This document shows, piece by piece, positions 15,053-31,221 of a DNA stretch of 64,000 bases. The stretch comes from Spizellomyces punctatus DAOM BR117 (Eukaryota): NCBI GenBank assembly GCA_000182565.2, contig KQ257452.1; one strand, 5' to 3'. Within the stretch, counting starts at the first letter, position 1; every line of letters starts with the position of its first letter. The notes under the pieces were generated by a model. That model did not search any database. It was not told where the DNA came from and saw only the letters and a program-made list of their open reading frames with translations. The translations under genes were made by a program, and so were the position numbers.

Positions 15053-16843
15053 ATGTTTTCCTCCATGACATTAGATTATGTTCCATCAACAAAATCCTTA
15101 GACGATACCGACGACATCGTCTTTCTTGGGCCACTATGTTCCACGCAACAGTACAAGTATCTAGCAGGAGATACCAATTTCCACAGGCGAAAAACTTTAT
15201 TGAATTATCCGCCACTGATATCGGGAGGAACAGTCCACGATAATGCAGGGAAAGCTTGGCAGGAGGCCGGGCACGATACTGAGACAAATAATAGAGCAGC
15301 AGTTCAAATTCAGCGATGTTTTCGTGGATGGTCTTGCCGTAGAGCATTTCGGAGTAAACGAAACGCAGCTATTTGCATACAGCGCGTAACGCGAGGTTGG
15401 CTATGTCGAAAGCAAGAGGATCGGCGAAGAAGAGCTGCCATAGTACTTCAGCAGCTAGTGAGATGCCATTTATGTCGAAGAGATTTCCTAATAACCCGGA
15501 AAACAACGATTCAGCTGCAAAGCTTGATTCGAAGGTCCTCTTTGCGAAGAAAGTTCTTGGCCACCCGCCGCGCCGTCATCCTGATACAATCTTATGTACG
15601 TGCATGGCTCTGTCGAAGGAGGTATGCAGAGCAAAGGCGAAAAGTACTTTTAGCTCAGAAATGGATACGAGGAAGCATCTGTAAAAGAAGATACGCCACA
15701 ACCCGACGAGCAGCTCTCACGATTCAAGCTGCTGCCCGCAATTGGCTATTGCGAAGGAAGCAGCAAACTGCGGTGCTTGAAATTCAACGAATAGTACGAG
15801 GATGGATAGCACGACGGCGATACAACGAACTAAGATCGGCAGTGCATCTCATCCAAATGCGCAGAAAGGGTGTGATAGAGCGAACGGCGTATCTACGATG
15901 TCAAGCTAGCGCCTCCACCATTCAGTCCTGGTTCCGCTCAGTGGTTGCTCGCAGGCATTTCTTGAGAAAGAGAAACGCTGCCTTATATATACAAAAATGG
16001 TGGAGACAAGTGAAAGTGACGGTAACCGAGCGTCCAGCGCGAGAAAGCGAGATCCAAAACTCGACGGAAGTGGACATTCGCGCACAGCGTCGAGCGACTA
16101 TTGCTGCAGCTTTGCAGTTGATCCGTGATAAAAAGCGAAAGTTGCAAGCTCAGATGGAGAATACTGGACAGAACCCTACCCCCGACGTCATCAAATCCCC
16201 CGACACGGCCACAAACACAACCCGCGACCCTAGCCCCAATCAAAATTCTCACTCCATCACACCAATTGACGATCCCTTCACGGACACGACACATCTATCT
16301 GCACTATCCCCGGCCACACTTGACCGCGTCACAAGAGATAATAATGTGAAAAACGCTGGTTACAAATGCCGATTATCTTTTACGGTTGTTAAGAGACCAC
16401 CACCAGTGTCCCCGACCAGCAGACTGAAGCAGCGGATAGAAGATAGACACAAGTCCGGGGAACCATGGGAGCTTAGGGGTGGTGAAGAAGATATGTGGGA
16501 CTCTTCTGAAAACAGCAAAACACGTCGACTACAGTGGCGACATAACCTTGTGTCCTTTGTGGAGTTTGATCCGAAAGAAAAAGTGGCGGCTGTTTCCGGC
16601 TCCGAGCGTCCTCCCAGTGCTCCTCAACGGCTGTCACTCAAGCCGTCGATATGCAGCGAACCTCACCCATACGAAGCAATCCCTTCTCCAGAACTAAAAA
16701 AGGTCGAAGTTATGATAGAGAGATTCGTTTCTCCAAGTCCTCCTCGTAAGCCAAAAGGAAAGACCCGCGGCGGGAGCTCGCCAGGTCGTGGGCGGGGAGG
16801 AAAAAGGCTTTCCGTTGGAAAGCCACAGAGGGTTAAAAAGTAA
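15053..16843 (+). CDS. Multi-IQ-motif calmodulin-binding protein (ASPM-like IQ array), intronless
   Basis: About 11 tandem IQxxxRGxxxR-type motifs (IQRCFRGWSCRR, IQRVTRGWLCRK, IQSYVRAWLCRR, IQRIVRGWIARR); Ser/Pro-rich basic tail. Confidence 0.85.
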   Translation: MFSSMTLDYVPSTKSLDDTDDIVFLGPLCSTQQYKYLAGDTNFHRRKTLLNYPPLISGGTVHDNAGKAWQEAGHDTETNNRAAVQIQRCFRGWSCRRAFRSKRNAAICIQRVTRGWLCRKQEDRRRRAAIVLQQLVRCHLCRRDFLITRKTTIQLQSLIRRSSLRRKFLATRRAVILIQSYVRAWLCRRRYAEQRRKVLLAQKWIRGSICKRRYATTRRAALTIQAAARNWLLRRKQQTAVLEIQRIVRGWIARRRYNELRSAVHLIQMRRKGVIERTAYLRCQASASTIQSWFRSVVARRHFLRKRNAALYIQKWWRQVKVTVTERPARESEIQNSTEVDIRAQRRATIAAALQLIRDKKRKLQAQMENTGQNPTPDVIKSPDTATNTTRDPSPNQNSHSITPIDDPFTDTTHLSALSPATLDRVTRDNNVKNAGYKCRLSFTVVKRPPPVSPTSRLKQRIEDRHKSGEPWELRGGEEDMWDSSENSKTRRLQWRHNLVSFVEFDPKEKVAAVSGSERPPSAPQRLSLKPSICSEPHPYEAIPSPELKKVEVMIERFVSPSPPRKPKGKTRGGSSPGRGRGGKRLSVGKPQRVKK

Positions 16844-16873
16844 TGTACAATATAAATTTGCTCAATCTATGCA

Positions 16874-19800
16874 CTATTCCCCGTTCATTATCTCTTCGTC
16901 TATCACCTCGTCCCCGCCGCCGCTACCTCGTTGCTCTTCTCCAGGATGTTCTAATGCTTGGACCATCCGCCCATCAATATAGTATTCGACATTGATATTT
17001 GCGACACTCCTCCGCATCCTGTCGAGAAGATTTCGGGCTTGGTCATAATACCCGTTGGCATAATGCGATTCAATCATTAGAGCAAATATATCCCCCAGAC
17101 GAACTGCGTCCTGTTTGTGCTACGGGCTTAGTCTTCGGTAAACACCAAAATATGTAGCAGAGGACAAACATACATCAATATCGGAAACATGCAACAGCTC
17201 TTCACAGATTTTGAACATTGTTACAGTATCTGTTTTTGCATATTGTCTGGCTTCCACAAACTGACTGACACAGTCGATTTTCTGTGTCAGTGACCGACTT
17301 CGGAGGATGGTATTAGGGGAGCTCTGATCTTTCAGTTTTGTCATACACTTCCATGCTTCTTTCAAAGCAGCCAAAGCCTGCGATACAACAAAATGAGGAT
17401 TGTGTGATTTCAAAATGACACTGCTCGCTATCTCACCTTCTCATAATTTTGGTATTCATCAATCTCAACCTGAGCGCAAGCTTCATAAAACGCGGCGAGC
17501 GACTCTAAAGCTTTGCCCTGAAAGCCCGGCCAACCATTATGATACCGCTAAGACATGCTACCAAATTAAACCTAAAGACCAATACCTTTGTGTAAAACGT
17601 GATAATTGCTTTCATAATTTGTGTATCATTTCTCCAGTCTAATGTTTGTAGGTAGTTAGCTGCTAGTACGAAAATGTCACGTTGCTTGGGCCCGGACACA
17701 TCTGCCGATGAAATATCAAGCGTTACCGATAGCTTTTAACAGTTACTACAGCATCGGCACTCACTGGCGAAGAATAGGATCTTCTCTGTATCACCGGACT
17801 TCAACAGTGCTTTCATAGCTTTCATCCGGTCGCCAGCCTATGTATGACAGGCAATAAGTTCAGAGCCCCAATATGATCATATTCATCGTTACGGTACGAA
17901 CCTGAGTATACTTTTTGCACGCGAGATGATATGATCCTTGCTCCATGCAACAGTCCGCTACTCTGAGCAGGGCTTCTTTCGCGGATCGGTCTTGGTCATC
18001 ATTCGCGGGGATTGGTATTGCGTCCGCCATCTCTTCAGTGACAACAATGCCATGTGTAGCACAAATATCCAAAGCCTTTGCGCACACATCAACCCACGTC
18101 CTTAGTAAGGTTTCGTGCGCAGACAATGTTCATGCGCAAGCATACCTCATCGAATTTTCGAGCCAACATTAAAAGCCGAACTGCGCGCTCGAACTGGGAA
18201 TTCTGGATAAAGAATGAAGCGCATTTTTGGAGAACAGTTGGATCGGTGTTACTATCAAAGTCTTGTTCTATGTGGGGGTCATGCAATGTGAGAGCGAAAG
18301 ACTTAGTATATCTGAACTACTTTTGAACAGGAAGACCGTACCTATATCCTCCAGCATAGCAGGTTGATTTGTTTGAAAGCACAGGTCAATTGCCCTGCCC
18401 AGATTGCCCCCGCGGTGATACAGGCTGATTGCCTTTTCCAAATGTTTGCCCGATTTCTCGAAATATCTAGTCAGCGAACGGTGTCAGTATCGGAGCACGA
18501 TGAACACTCCAATTAACACCAATACCTTGCAACATCCACCAGAGCCTGCGGAGAGGCTTGTAATGCTAGATGCATCAGCTCATTATCCAATCGGTGCTCT
18601 TTTGCGAGCCTAATGGCATGGTTGTAACATTTCGCTTTCGCGTAGAATGAGATGGCATCCGCTAGCTATTTCCCGGACGAGGTTTATTTTAGTCTCTGAA
18701 GTTCGATAAGAGAACTCCGTGGGTTCATTAGTGGTCAGGCTTACCTTGGATTCTGTCTCAAAATAATGTGCAATGTGGTATGCAGCAGCCGGACTATTCG
18801 CTTTCTCAGCGATATCAATTGCCTGAAACGTGACATATGAGCATCGCCACAGAGCAGCAGTTTAGACTCATCCAAAACATTCCACCTCACCCGCTCAATG
18901 TCTCCCGATAAACAGTGTATCCGCACTATCGATAGTGTATCGCCAGCCAGCTCGTAATATCGCAATGCAGAGTCCAAATCCCCATGGGATTCGGAAAACT
19001 GGCCCCACCATTTTTTCAGTAGCTTCCAAGGAGCAAATCATTCAAAATCTTGCAGCCTATTATGAAATTCCGTGGGACGGACCTTACCTTGTTCTCAGAA
19101 GTAGTAATATACTTTTCGAGTTCTGGAACTTCATTTTTTCCAAGTAGCATGCGAGGAATTTCAAAACTTGATCCATTCCAATTAAATATTTTAGCGTGAA
19201 GGGGCAGGCAATGCTACCAAGGTACTTGCATCATACCTATGTGTAAAAGACTTCTCGAATGCCGCCACTGCACCACTCGTATCGCCCAACTCCTCCAAGT
19301 AGCAGGCAAAATTGTAAAAGGTCGATCGAAGGTGGATGCGGTCATGGGTTGCGGCAATTTGAAGCGCCTTTTCCCATTGACAGGTTGCCTAGCCAAGCTC
19401 CATGTTAGCAAGTTATCACAAGATGATATGGTGCCACACTCACCTGATAGAATCGATTAAGGAGGTCATATCGGCCGCAAGAAAGATACAAGGACTCAAC
19501 ATCGTCGTTCATACCTGCCAGGAATTCACACTTGTTAAATATCATAACGCATGCTGTCGTGCTCATGGATACTTACCCAGATGCAATGCAACGATGGCGG
19601 CCTTCAATTCCGGTGGACCAGTTGGATCGACTTGATGCAGCGCGTGAACGGCTTTCGCATTTCCCATGTTCGATAAACACAGGGTTGCCACATCGATCCG
19701 CTTGGTCTTTACACACATCTTAGCCATGGTTTCCCAGACGTTTGTGCTTTTAATGAGTTTCAAAGCCTGTTGTATTGGCAATAAATCAGCACACACGCTA

Positions 19801-22800
19801 GAAAGACTCTTCCTTTTTGATTTCACACCTTTAAGGATTCATCCATGTTACCAACGGCGATATGAAAGCTGAAATCGATCATCGCTTTCATTGTGGCCGT
19901 ATCGGTGTTTTCCAAACCCTCAAAGTCACGCGCTACTACGCTGGACACCATATTCATGTCATCCGGTTCTTCTTGCGTACTTCCCTGCGAGAACTGAACG
20001 ATGAATATGGTACATTGCCAATTTTGTAGTATATATACCATACCTTAATGTAATAGAGAAATGGCATATATATCCCAAAGAGGGCATCGGAGTTGGGAAT
20101 AGTTGTGGTTATGTCATGTAACGTTATTCCGTAGTCAGAAGTTACGAAAAAGGAGACAATCTAGCGAATAACAGTTAATATGTGATGTCTCTTGTCACAT
20201 AAATATATCTAGGGTACCTGGGAGGTCGGGGCAGCTGTTGTCAGCGTGTCTGGTCCTGTGTCTTCTAAAATGCATATATATATATATGAAGAAATCAGAA
20301 ATTTATATCGGTTGGTTGAACGTACGGGATGGTGTTGCATATCCTTCGCTTTGACACACAAGAATCCTCGGGTCTTCCCAGTCCCAGAAATGAGACACCG
20401 GCTGTCGGCCACATGAGTATGAATATCAACCCCTAAATAGGCATGCTTCTGAAGACAACATACTAACCATTTGACCATGTTCTTTCATGTCAAACGCTAG
20501 TATGACATCTTTCTCGACATCATAGACATAGACCTTGGTGTCAAATTGCTGCAGCTGGGTCGCGCCTACTTTCAAGATAGGTGAGATAACACATCCATCA
20601 AGCTTGCAGACAAAGTCGACGCTTACCCTTGACTGGGACGCACGCTAAGAAACTGATCATTGTTCCATTGGCATTACATTTGGCCGATGCAATTGAATGT
20701 ATACCAAGGGCGCTATAGGACAGTACAATTAAAACGGGAATGGAGCACATGTTGCAACAATTCTCGACTTACTCGTCAATCCGCTTGGAGACTAGTTGCT
20801 TTGGTTCCCGGTGCGACGTGCTGAACAGTTTCAGATAGTTTCGGGAAGTCGTCTACATCACATGCATGTAGTCAGCAGTTGTTCTCCTTTAGCACAACTG
20901 GCCATCTTACAATGAGGAGGAGGGATGGAACTGTCTCGATCAAAGTGATATCGCCTTCAGATTCTGGAAGGCTGAGGACAGACTTGGTCACCCCTTGATG
21001 ATTACAAACGTCCACTCGATTAGACTTTGCAACGTAAATAAATTGGTCGTCGAGATTTATTATATTGCTCTCCGCCGCAAACGTGGCACTAGCCACAGAC
21101 ATTGGTCCACCTAAAGAGTGACGTTCATACGACAATCAAAAGGTTACTTAAAAGCGGGTACTGACCTCCAATATCCTCTCCGTCATTCCAAGAAGCGAGG
21201 AAATAATCCAGCCGGTTTCCACTTGCAGTCAGGGGAAGGTCAAGTGATTGATCACTGTTAGCTACTGAGCCCAGGTTTCGTATTGGTTGCCCGGCTGATA
21301 TACATCAATCATAATGGCTTATAGTGCGTGGACACAGTTTGCTTACCATCCGAGTATTCTTGGACCTCAATTGTCGTACCACTCCATACAGCAAAGAGAT
21401 TTCTCGAAAGGGCCAGCCCTTTGATGCGAAGATCAACTGTGCGCGCAATCGGCCTCTACAATCGGATACGTTCATAAGAGTATCTCGGCGTCTAATGTTC
21501 CAAAACTCACCTTTCCCCCAGGATAGATGATAACTTTACTTTGCTCCACCTGTACAATGGCATTTCTTCCCCAGAGCTTTTTGCGGAGTACCTGCTCCGT
21601 GAGGATTTTCAAGCCCGACCGTTTACGAGCCCCCAAAAGCCCAGATTGTGCACCTGAATAATCCACATTATCTTCAAAATGCTTCTGAATGATATATTGA
21701 TGATGGCCTTCTTACCCCAGGCAATCCCTTCCACAGCACCACCCAGATTGGTCTTACTTATTGGCTACGGATGATGTGCGATATGGTTTTGGAAACCGCA
21801 ATGGTGCGTCGGCTACTAGTTCTCCTTCTTACCTCCCATGTTTGTACACCCATGCCTTCGGCTTCAGGAACATAACGGGCCTTCCACATCATCACATGGC
21901 CAGAGTCGGTGCCGGCTGTATAAATCCAGAAGAGGCGTTATAGTGGCGCATCGCCGGTCGACATTTTCCGTCATGAGCCTACCAGCAAGCATGTTTCTAG
22001 AATTACTAAAAGCTATGCAATTGATGCGAACTTTCTCCATTCCTTTGAATCGGAGTACTTTAGCAAGTTGGAGTGTGTGGGATATACCCTCATGGCTATA
22101 CAATACCTGTCATACTCAGGACACTATTTTCCTCGTTTTCAATATCCCAAATCCAAATAGGTTGTCCGCCAACAGAAAGTGCGAGTATCGCGGGACCAGC
22201 CCAAGTAGCAATTACAGCTCTGTTGTCGGCTTTAGCGGATGTGCTCAGTTTCATCTATATCTACGTTGGTAAGAAGCTGAAAACCTTTTACAACTATGAA
22301 CGCTCACGTATACACACCTGGGACTCCTGTGTCATCTTTCCGTCACTTGCCAGACTATACTGGTGAAGTAAAAGGTCGTTGGTAATGATTACGACCATAT
22401 CTTTATGTTCCAACATTAACAACGTGGCGATTTGTGAGGTGGTTGACGCGCTTTCTGTGCAGTGACCCATATCATCGGCGTAGTGAATGGAGCCATTAGT
22501 GGTTGAGAGGAAAAATGGGGGAGAAGTGCCTGAACTATAACAACGTCTTAGCAACGCGTCAAAGGTTCCATCGGAACTGCAAATCATACCGCAAGTCCAA
22601 CTCTTGCCGATGCGAGCGAAAAATGCAATGCGTAATACTGTTGTGCAAGCGGTACTGGCACAAGATGGAGAGTCTACCCCGAGGATCCACTTTCCACACT
22701 ACCACATCACCATCCTAGGTAAACTTGATGAGCGATGAGAATATTTGGCACATCCCCACCTATGATGGCTTGCCTCGTCACCCGTTACAAGCCGGTTCCC

Positions 22801-23163
22801 TAATGGACTCCACTCAACCACAGTTATACTTGATCCGTGAACATTCCCCTCTCGCAAGACCGCTTCTGCATCGGACCATATGCCAACAGTGCCTGATTGG
22901 AATGTATCAGCCTCCACAAGTTTGAGAGTGTAAAGAAACTCAATCACACCATTTGACCAGCTAATGGCTAGGAGCTTTCGGGATGGATGCCACCTCAATA
23001 TTACACTCCCTGGCACTCGACAGATATCCGCCTGTGGACGCTTTTGACCTTCCTCATCAAATAGATCGACTCTCCCATCTTTGTTCGCGGCGGCTAGAGC
23101 GGGGAAGGCGGAGTGAACTGCCAATGCAGTATAGTCCCCATCTATTGTCTGGTCGTACCACAT
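16874..23163 (-). CDS. IFT140: Intraflagellar transport protein 140 (IFT-A), many exons
   Basis: WD40 N-terminus ([24 protein letters not shown]); RDFEGLE...[59 protein letters not shown]. Confidence 0.95.
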
Positions 23164-23330
23164 CTCTATGCAGCGGAAAGATGGACGGTGCTCTGTGCCA
23201 GCAGAAAAAGTTGAACAAGTATGGAGGACGCGTTCGCGTCTTCTCATGTAATCAATCTGGTTCAAATGTTCGTCCAGCTGCATTGGTTTGGTCGATTAAG
23301 AGCCCAAGATAGAGCAGCCTGGACAGTGAA

Positions 23331-25948
23331 ATGACGGCGAGAGCAGTGATCCATCCGGCATGTCGCCTAGTGCTCCACCGTCGCTCGAGCTCTGGCGCAG
23401 CCTGGAAGCATCTGTCGGAGATTTTGCCATCGAAACCCCCTGTGGTAGCAAAGTCCGTCGCCCAGAAAACGGAAGATCTCCGAAAGCTTGCTGCCAGCTT
23501 TCTTGAGGCCAGCAAGAGGTCAAGCCAAGGTCGGCCCCAAAACCCACAGGATACAGCGGACACTGTTATCGAATTACTCAAAGCACATAAAGGAGATACT
23601 CTGTCTGTCGGCGCTGGGCATGCGCTGCAACATACGACCGTTCCAAAAGAGGTCAGTAATTCTTAGGTCCAGCCTCACACCGATATTAGGCTGAACCATT
23701 TGTCTGTATTCCACATGGAAGGAGCCATTGAAGGTAAATCTGCCATCGAGACCACCTACGCAAAAGCCTTCAGTAGATCACACCGCGGGAGCCTGTGATA
23801 CCGCTCCCCCAACCCCGTCAGACGGCGTTGAACAGCGGAAGCCACAACAGAAGGTGAGATTCTCTAGTAATTGCGGTATTTCATCAACTGCAGAGACTTA
23901 CCTTCTCGACAGCCACGAACACCTCGCGCAAAATGGCAAACTGTGACACCATTTCCTTTCAATTACCAAGGTTGATAGTATATGAATAGCTATTAGCTTA
24001 ACTCCAGCTAACTCAGCTTAGCCGTTGAGAGAACGGACGATGCGATAACTCCAACATTAGCCCATGGATTGGACCGTGTGCTTTTCAAGTAAGCACCCAA
24101 ATTATCTGATCAATCCATTTCGGCGAACTATAACATCTCGGTGCAGCCCAGGTCCACATTTCTTGCAAGATTCCGAGACAGATATATTCAATTTTGACCC
24201 ATGGTTAAAGAATATCCTACAACCAGACGACTTCGACTATGATGCGCTGCCTCCGTACGTGATCGCATCACAAGACTCGGTGCGTTAATCATGACTGTCA
24301 GCCATTACCAGGATGCTAAAGTTGTGATTTTCCAGTCGTTATTGGCCCTTAGCAAAAAGCAGCGGAAACGTTACGTGTCTTCGACGTCTTCGATCACTGG
24401 TCTGCTGTCGCAGTTATATTTGTTGATCTCCAACCAGAAGCCAATCAATACATCGTCTTTTTCACCGTGTTTCCAAGAGGAGGTGAATTGAATGGCGCCG
24501 AAAGCGGAACATGGTTATGTGTACGGTACTTACTAACTCACCAAAGCCCGCTGACTTTACAACAACCTCTCGGGCTCCCATGTCAGTTGTGCTTCGGCAT
24601 TTTGACGGAGGATACGCCATAGATCTCGAGAAGCCTGACGACGACGACGATTGGAACGTGATGATGAGCTTGGTGTGTGCGCAACTTATCAAAGCATATA
24701 TGCGATAAGAGCTAACCCGGATCACCACCAAATAGGGCAAATCCATGGAGAAGATGTTGACGGTCCCACCTGCGGAGTTTGAGAAATATCACAAAGTCAA
24801 TTCTACACAATTTGCCGAAAAGACACCGCAGAAAGAGGCATATCATTATGCGACGGTCGGTAGGATTTTTATAGTTTTCCAAACCCTTCTGTAACACGGA
24901 TCAATGGTAGGCAGAAGGATTTCTTCTCCGAGCTCAGATTGATTGCCACGATGCGCGATTACCAAAAAAGACTTTCGATCTTAAAACAAGAGCAACTGTG
25001 GCCATTCGCATGGATCCCGTCAACTACTTGGTAAGCGCAGTGGGTCCCTGCCTCTCATTCGCGTGGTTAATCAATACCATTCCTAGAGCAATATTGATTA
25101 CAAGCTAACTTCGGTAACGGGCCGATATCAGTCTTTTGAAAGTGAACTGTTCGACATGCTACGATCGGCCTTTTTGAAGTATAGGTACATTTTACATATT
25201 CCGTAGGTCTGTTCGCAAGGCAATTAACATTTGTAAACAGCTTCCAGGCTCGCATCGGTGACATGGACGGTATCTTTGTTTGCTATCATAATACAGCTGA
25301 AGTATTCGGTTTTCAATATCTGCCTATGGGAGAAATGGATAGGCTACTGTTTGGGAACACGGCATATGCCGAGCAAGCGTTTGCGCTTTCAATAAAAGTT
25401 TTACAAGCGGTTCTAGACGTCATTACCAGCAAGTATCGCGGACAGGTAAGGGTGTGTGTTTTCAAGGTCAGTTTCAACTCATTGGTTTGATCAAACGGTA
25501 ATCATCAGGATATCCGACTTACGCTCGCACGAGAGGGCGGCGAAAATGTAAGTCTCATGCAGTAAACCGGTACTTGTTGTTCATCTTGATTGATCATACG
25601 TGTATTTAGACTTCTCTTGCATTCTTTGCTGATCCCGTAATGGATTTCGAGATCATGGAAGATGGAGGCTATGTGTCTCCTCCCGAGCTCAGCAAATTCG
25701 AATTACAATGTCGCTCAATCCTGAATGGTGCAGAAGAACCGAGTTATTTCGACATTGCTGCGGATGGGTCGGATACTTGGGAGCTGCAGTACAAGATCAA
25801 ACAGGCCAATATCTCACTGATGCAACTATATGATGAGTACGAGAGATTGAGAAACAGGTGCTCAAATCTGAAACCCTTTGTTCCAACAAAGGGGCACAAG
25901 ATTTTTGTCAATAGATTGCGCAAAAAGGCGAATTTAGATCTATATTGA
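23331..25948 (+). CDS. PET127: Mitochondrial RNA 5'-end processing exonuclease Pet127
   Basis: Presequence-like N-terminus; LAHGLDRVLF; FDYDALPPY; YVSSTSSITG; LRAQIDCHDARLP..TFDLKTRA; MDGIFVCYHNTAEVFGFQY. Confidence 0.93.
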
Positions 25949-26268
25949 TCGGATTCGTATTTCGGTGTCGATAGTCAGCGACGTTGGTAGAGTTTCAGTA
26001 TATTTTATATTATTTATCTATTACAATAGCAATTGCTTTTTTAAAGATGCAGATCTGCCCTTGCTCATTTCATCTGGAGAAATGCCGATGAAACTGAATT
26101 CAAATACCTCTAATTCTGATTCTTTGGAAACAGCAGCAGGCAGTGGTAGGACACTAAGGTTGCAATCCGATCAATGATGGATGAGTCACTGTTGCTATGA
26201 GAACAGTACATCAACTTGCATCTATCTTCTCTCAACTCCAAACCGTTACCTGCTCGATAATTGTCAAC

Positions 26269-28016
<1,748 letters not shown>

Positions 28017-28363
28017 CCGCAGTTCCTTGTGTTACATCCGAAAGTGTGCGCCTGGCACCTTGTGGTTGGACAATGAAATATGACATTTTGTAGATTCATA
28101 GCATGAAATATGAGGATGCACTCCAAAATATATGAGTACATTGCAACACCAATGATGCAACAATGAGTTTCTGAATCCATGGTGTCGAAGAAGAATGGTT
28201 GCACGTTGTATTGCCGCTAACCGAACGTCACCATATGAAAGCAAGTTTCAGAGGCGCAGAGGGAGGATTCGTTTACAGAATGTAAACTGCTTGTCCGTAC
28301 CCTCTGCTACTCCATTGTATATACCTTACAGCCGAAGAGGAACAAGCTGAGGTCCGTACAAGA

Positions 28364-28836
28364 TCATTTTTTGTATCGAAAGAGATAGATGTACAAGAAC
28401 ACAGCGAGCACGAAAAAGATGAGATACCACATCCATCGCCCGTTTTGTGTTCGTGCCATGATCTTTAGTCTTCTCATAGTCGCACCCAACAGTCCACCGC
28501 TCTTTTCAAAGTCATTTTCCATATCTCGTAATGCCCCCAATTGATATGTCACCTCCTCTCCTATTTGAAGAGATATCTAAAAATCATAAAGCTGTTAATG
28601 TGAGGATCTTCAGCAGTGCCTTCAAGCAAATCTGAAGGTTCCAAACATGCCTGTTTCAACTCTGTTATCTTATTCCCGAGTAGGTCAACGTGGTCGTCAT
28701 TTCTTTGTTCAAATGCATAGTGATGGGAATTTGTGTGCGCATCTGGTGAGGTGTTCCATGCCGTTTCACCAGAGGTATGCGGTTGTGGTTTCAGACTCCC
28801 TTGATAAGCACGGGCTGTTCTTGACCGATGTGACAT
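28364..28836 (-). CDS. BET1: Qc-SNARE, Bet1-like (2 exons)
   Basis: FEQRNDDHVDLLGNKITELKQ|ISLQIGEEV...MENDF...LGATMRRL, then a C-terminal TM helix. Confidence 0.85.
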
Positions 28837-29230
28837 TATACCAATTGTTGGTTTAGGGCTAATGGTAGAAGTGTTTTGGTTTGAAGCAAGTCAAAAGCTG
28901 GGCGGACTGGGGGATCATCGTTGCACACATAATCCACGTGATGCACTTTTGGCTTAGCTGCGTGCAAATTGCGTGTTGATTGCGTTCCTCACTGCCCAAA
29001 CGACCACCGACTAAAGCCGTCATCGCACAGACATCTTGTTGTCAAAAAGTACGTCACTTTCAGATATCAGATTGTAATAAAGACAATTGTCCTTTCTCCA
29101 TCGGACGCTGTAAAGTAGTTTCCAATCTGCGTGAACCCTCATCGTCTTTATACTTGCCCAAGAGCGTTATCATTCAGTGGCTCTCCGCATGGGGACCCAT
29201 ACAGCAGCCCACCGTTTCGCTCCATTTTTT

Positions 29231-31221
29231 ATGACGGGACGGCTTGCAGACGCATTGCTAAGAGTTGATAAAAATGATGCGGAAGGTGACATTGGGCATT
29301 ACTCCTTTTGAGAAAACTAATGGTTACTTAGTGAGCGAACTGGTGCATATCTCTAGATACGGACCCCTTTCATATTCCGGTCCATAGGATTATTCTCGCT
29401 TCGAGCAGCCCAGTTTTTGACGCCCTCTTTGAATCGCAGCCTCTCAGTTATGAGGAGCACTGGAGTGGCCGCTGTCAATCTTCGTCCTCTGCGCCAGTGG
29501 GTGTTTGGCCTTTGAAAGTCCCGAACGAACTGTCTTTGCGGCTGGTGTTGGAATGGTGTTATTTTTCCACTCTTTCAGAAGGATCCCTCACCCCACTCAA
29601 TTTTTGGGCGGTGCGGGATGTCGCAAATCGTTTAACGATTGAAGGGTTGGTGCGATACGTCGACAAATGGGCGGCTGAGGAACTTGCAAATGGCCATTTG
29701 TCCCACGCGCTGACTGAAAATGACTGGGCCAACATCATAGTCGAATGCGTGAGAACCGGGATTGAAGATCAACTTTTGGAAACTCTGGTAGTTGCGGCCG
29801 TTACAATGTCTGTCGATGACTCAAAGAAGGCCGCAACATCCAAATCAGCTTGGGAGGTGGCCAAATACCGATATCTGCGTTCTATCGTCACAAGAAAGGA
29901 TGTGACTCTTACTGCCGAAGAAATTAAACGGTTATTTACAAGCACAGTAACATTCACCAAGTTTGGAATATCAGAGCTCGTCGAAGCACACGCAGATCCC
30001 GCGCTTCCGAGGGAAATCATTGCCGAAGCTTTAATGCAAACCTTGATACAGAAGTCTCAGCTCAATGCCCCCTCATCCGTGGCCCCAGAATCAGGGAAAC
30101 CAATGCCAAACGAGATAGTGCTGATAAATGATACGTGCAGTGGTAAGGACGAGGATGTACCATTAATGGATGCAATTTCGCCTGCAGTTGAGCCGTCTGT
30201 TGGTCCCATGCAATCGACGCTGCAATTTATAAAAGATGTGAAGCCGCTCAAGGAGGACCTGCGCCATCCAGAGACGATCAGCGATGAGACACCTATTTCC
30301 GCTGTGCTCGCTAGACTTCGGCAAAGTTCGCTAGACCACATCCCGCGATCACTTCTTCTTCCAGCCAGTCAGGAGTCCCCAAATCGCTCAACCCAATCTG
30401 AGTCGACGCGCACAAGTCCGGCAAGGAATCAGTCGTGCAATGAAGCCGAGGATGACGAGGAGGACTTGGGCGAAGATACCATCACGCTGGCTAATGTACC
30501 AGATTTGACATCCCAAGTACCGATATCCCCTATTCTTGATGAAGGTCCATCGTTTTCGGATGAGGCGCCCTTAATAGCATTACAGGAATTACGAAAGCAG
30601 GTACAAACCCTAATGGCGCGAAAAAATCTGCATGCCCTACCTTCTTCTGACATGCCTGCGGGCCGACCGCGGATACCCCAAATTGACCATTTTGAACGAC
30701 CCTCTACACCGACCGTACTCGCCGAAGTCCGTCGTCGACTGGAAGACGTTGTTGAACAGAAGGATGCGGAAGATGTGGGAGATGCCCATCACCAGCCGAT
30801 TGAAAATGCGCAGCAAACGACATCAGACCAGTATACCCGACAAACGTTTCCGGCGGCATTTGCAAAAAAATCGGCGCGGCCACATATTAAGCAAATATCA
30901 TTTGCGGAGGTCCCCACATTTATAACACCATCGCCTTTACCCGGAAGATCGCCGCCGTTTTCACCTGCTACTCCCGGGCAATTGCTGGGCATTCAAGAGT
31001 CGCCTCCTGAGCCGATACAACACAACGAGTATATTCCTGTCGAATCATCGATGACGTCTGGCAGCAAAATAATTTCCAAAAGCGACTTCACTTTTTTGGA
31101 TGTCCCATTATCGACGGGCAAAAAGCAGTCATCGACATTTACAAACGGCAATACCTCGTTTAGAATGCTTGGACTTAGAAAGAAACGACGGGGTATCATT
31201 GAATTTTTCAAAAACTCTTAG
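29231..31221 (+). CDS. BTB/POZ-domain protein with long disordered C-terminus (start uncertain)
   Basis: ADALLRV...|PFHIPVHRIILASSSPVFDALF...LRLVLEWCY. Confidence 0.75.
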
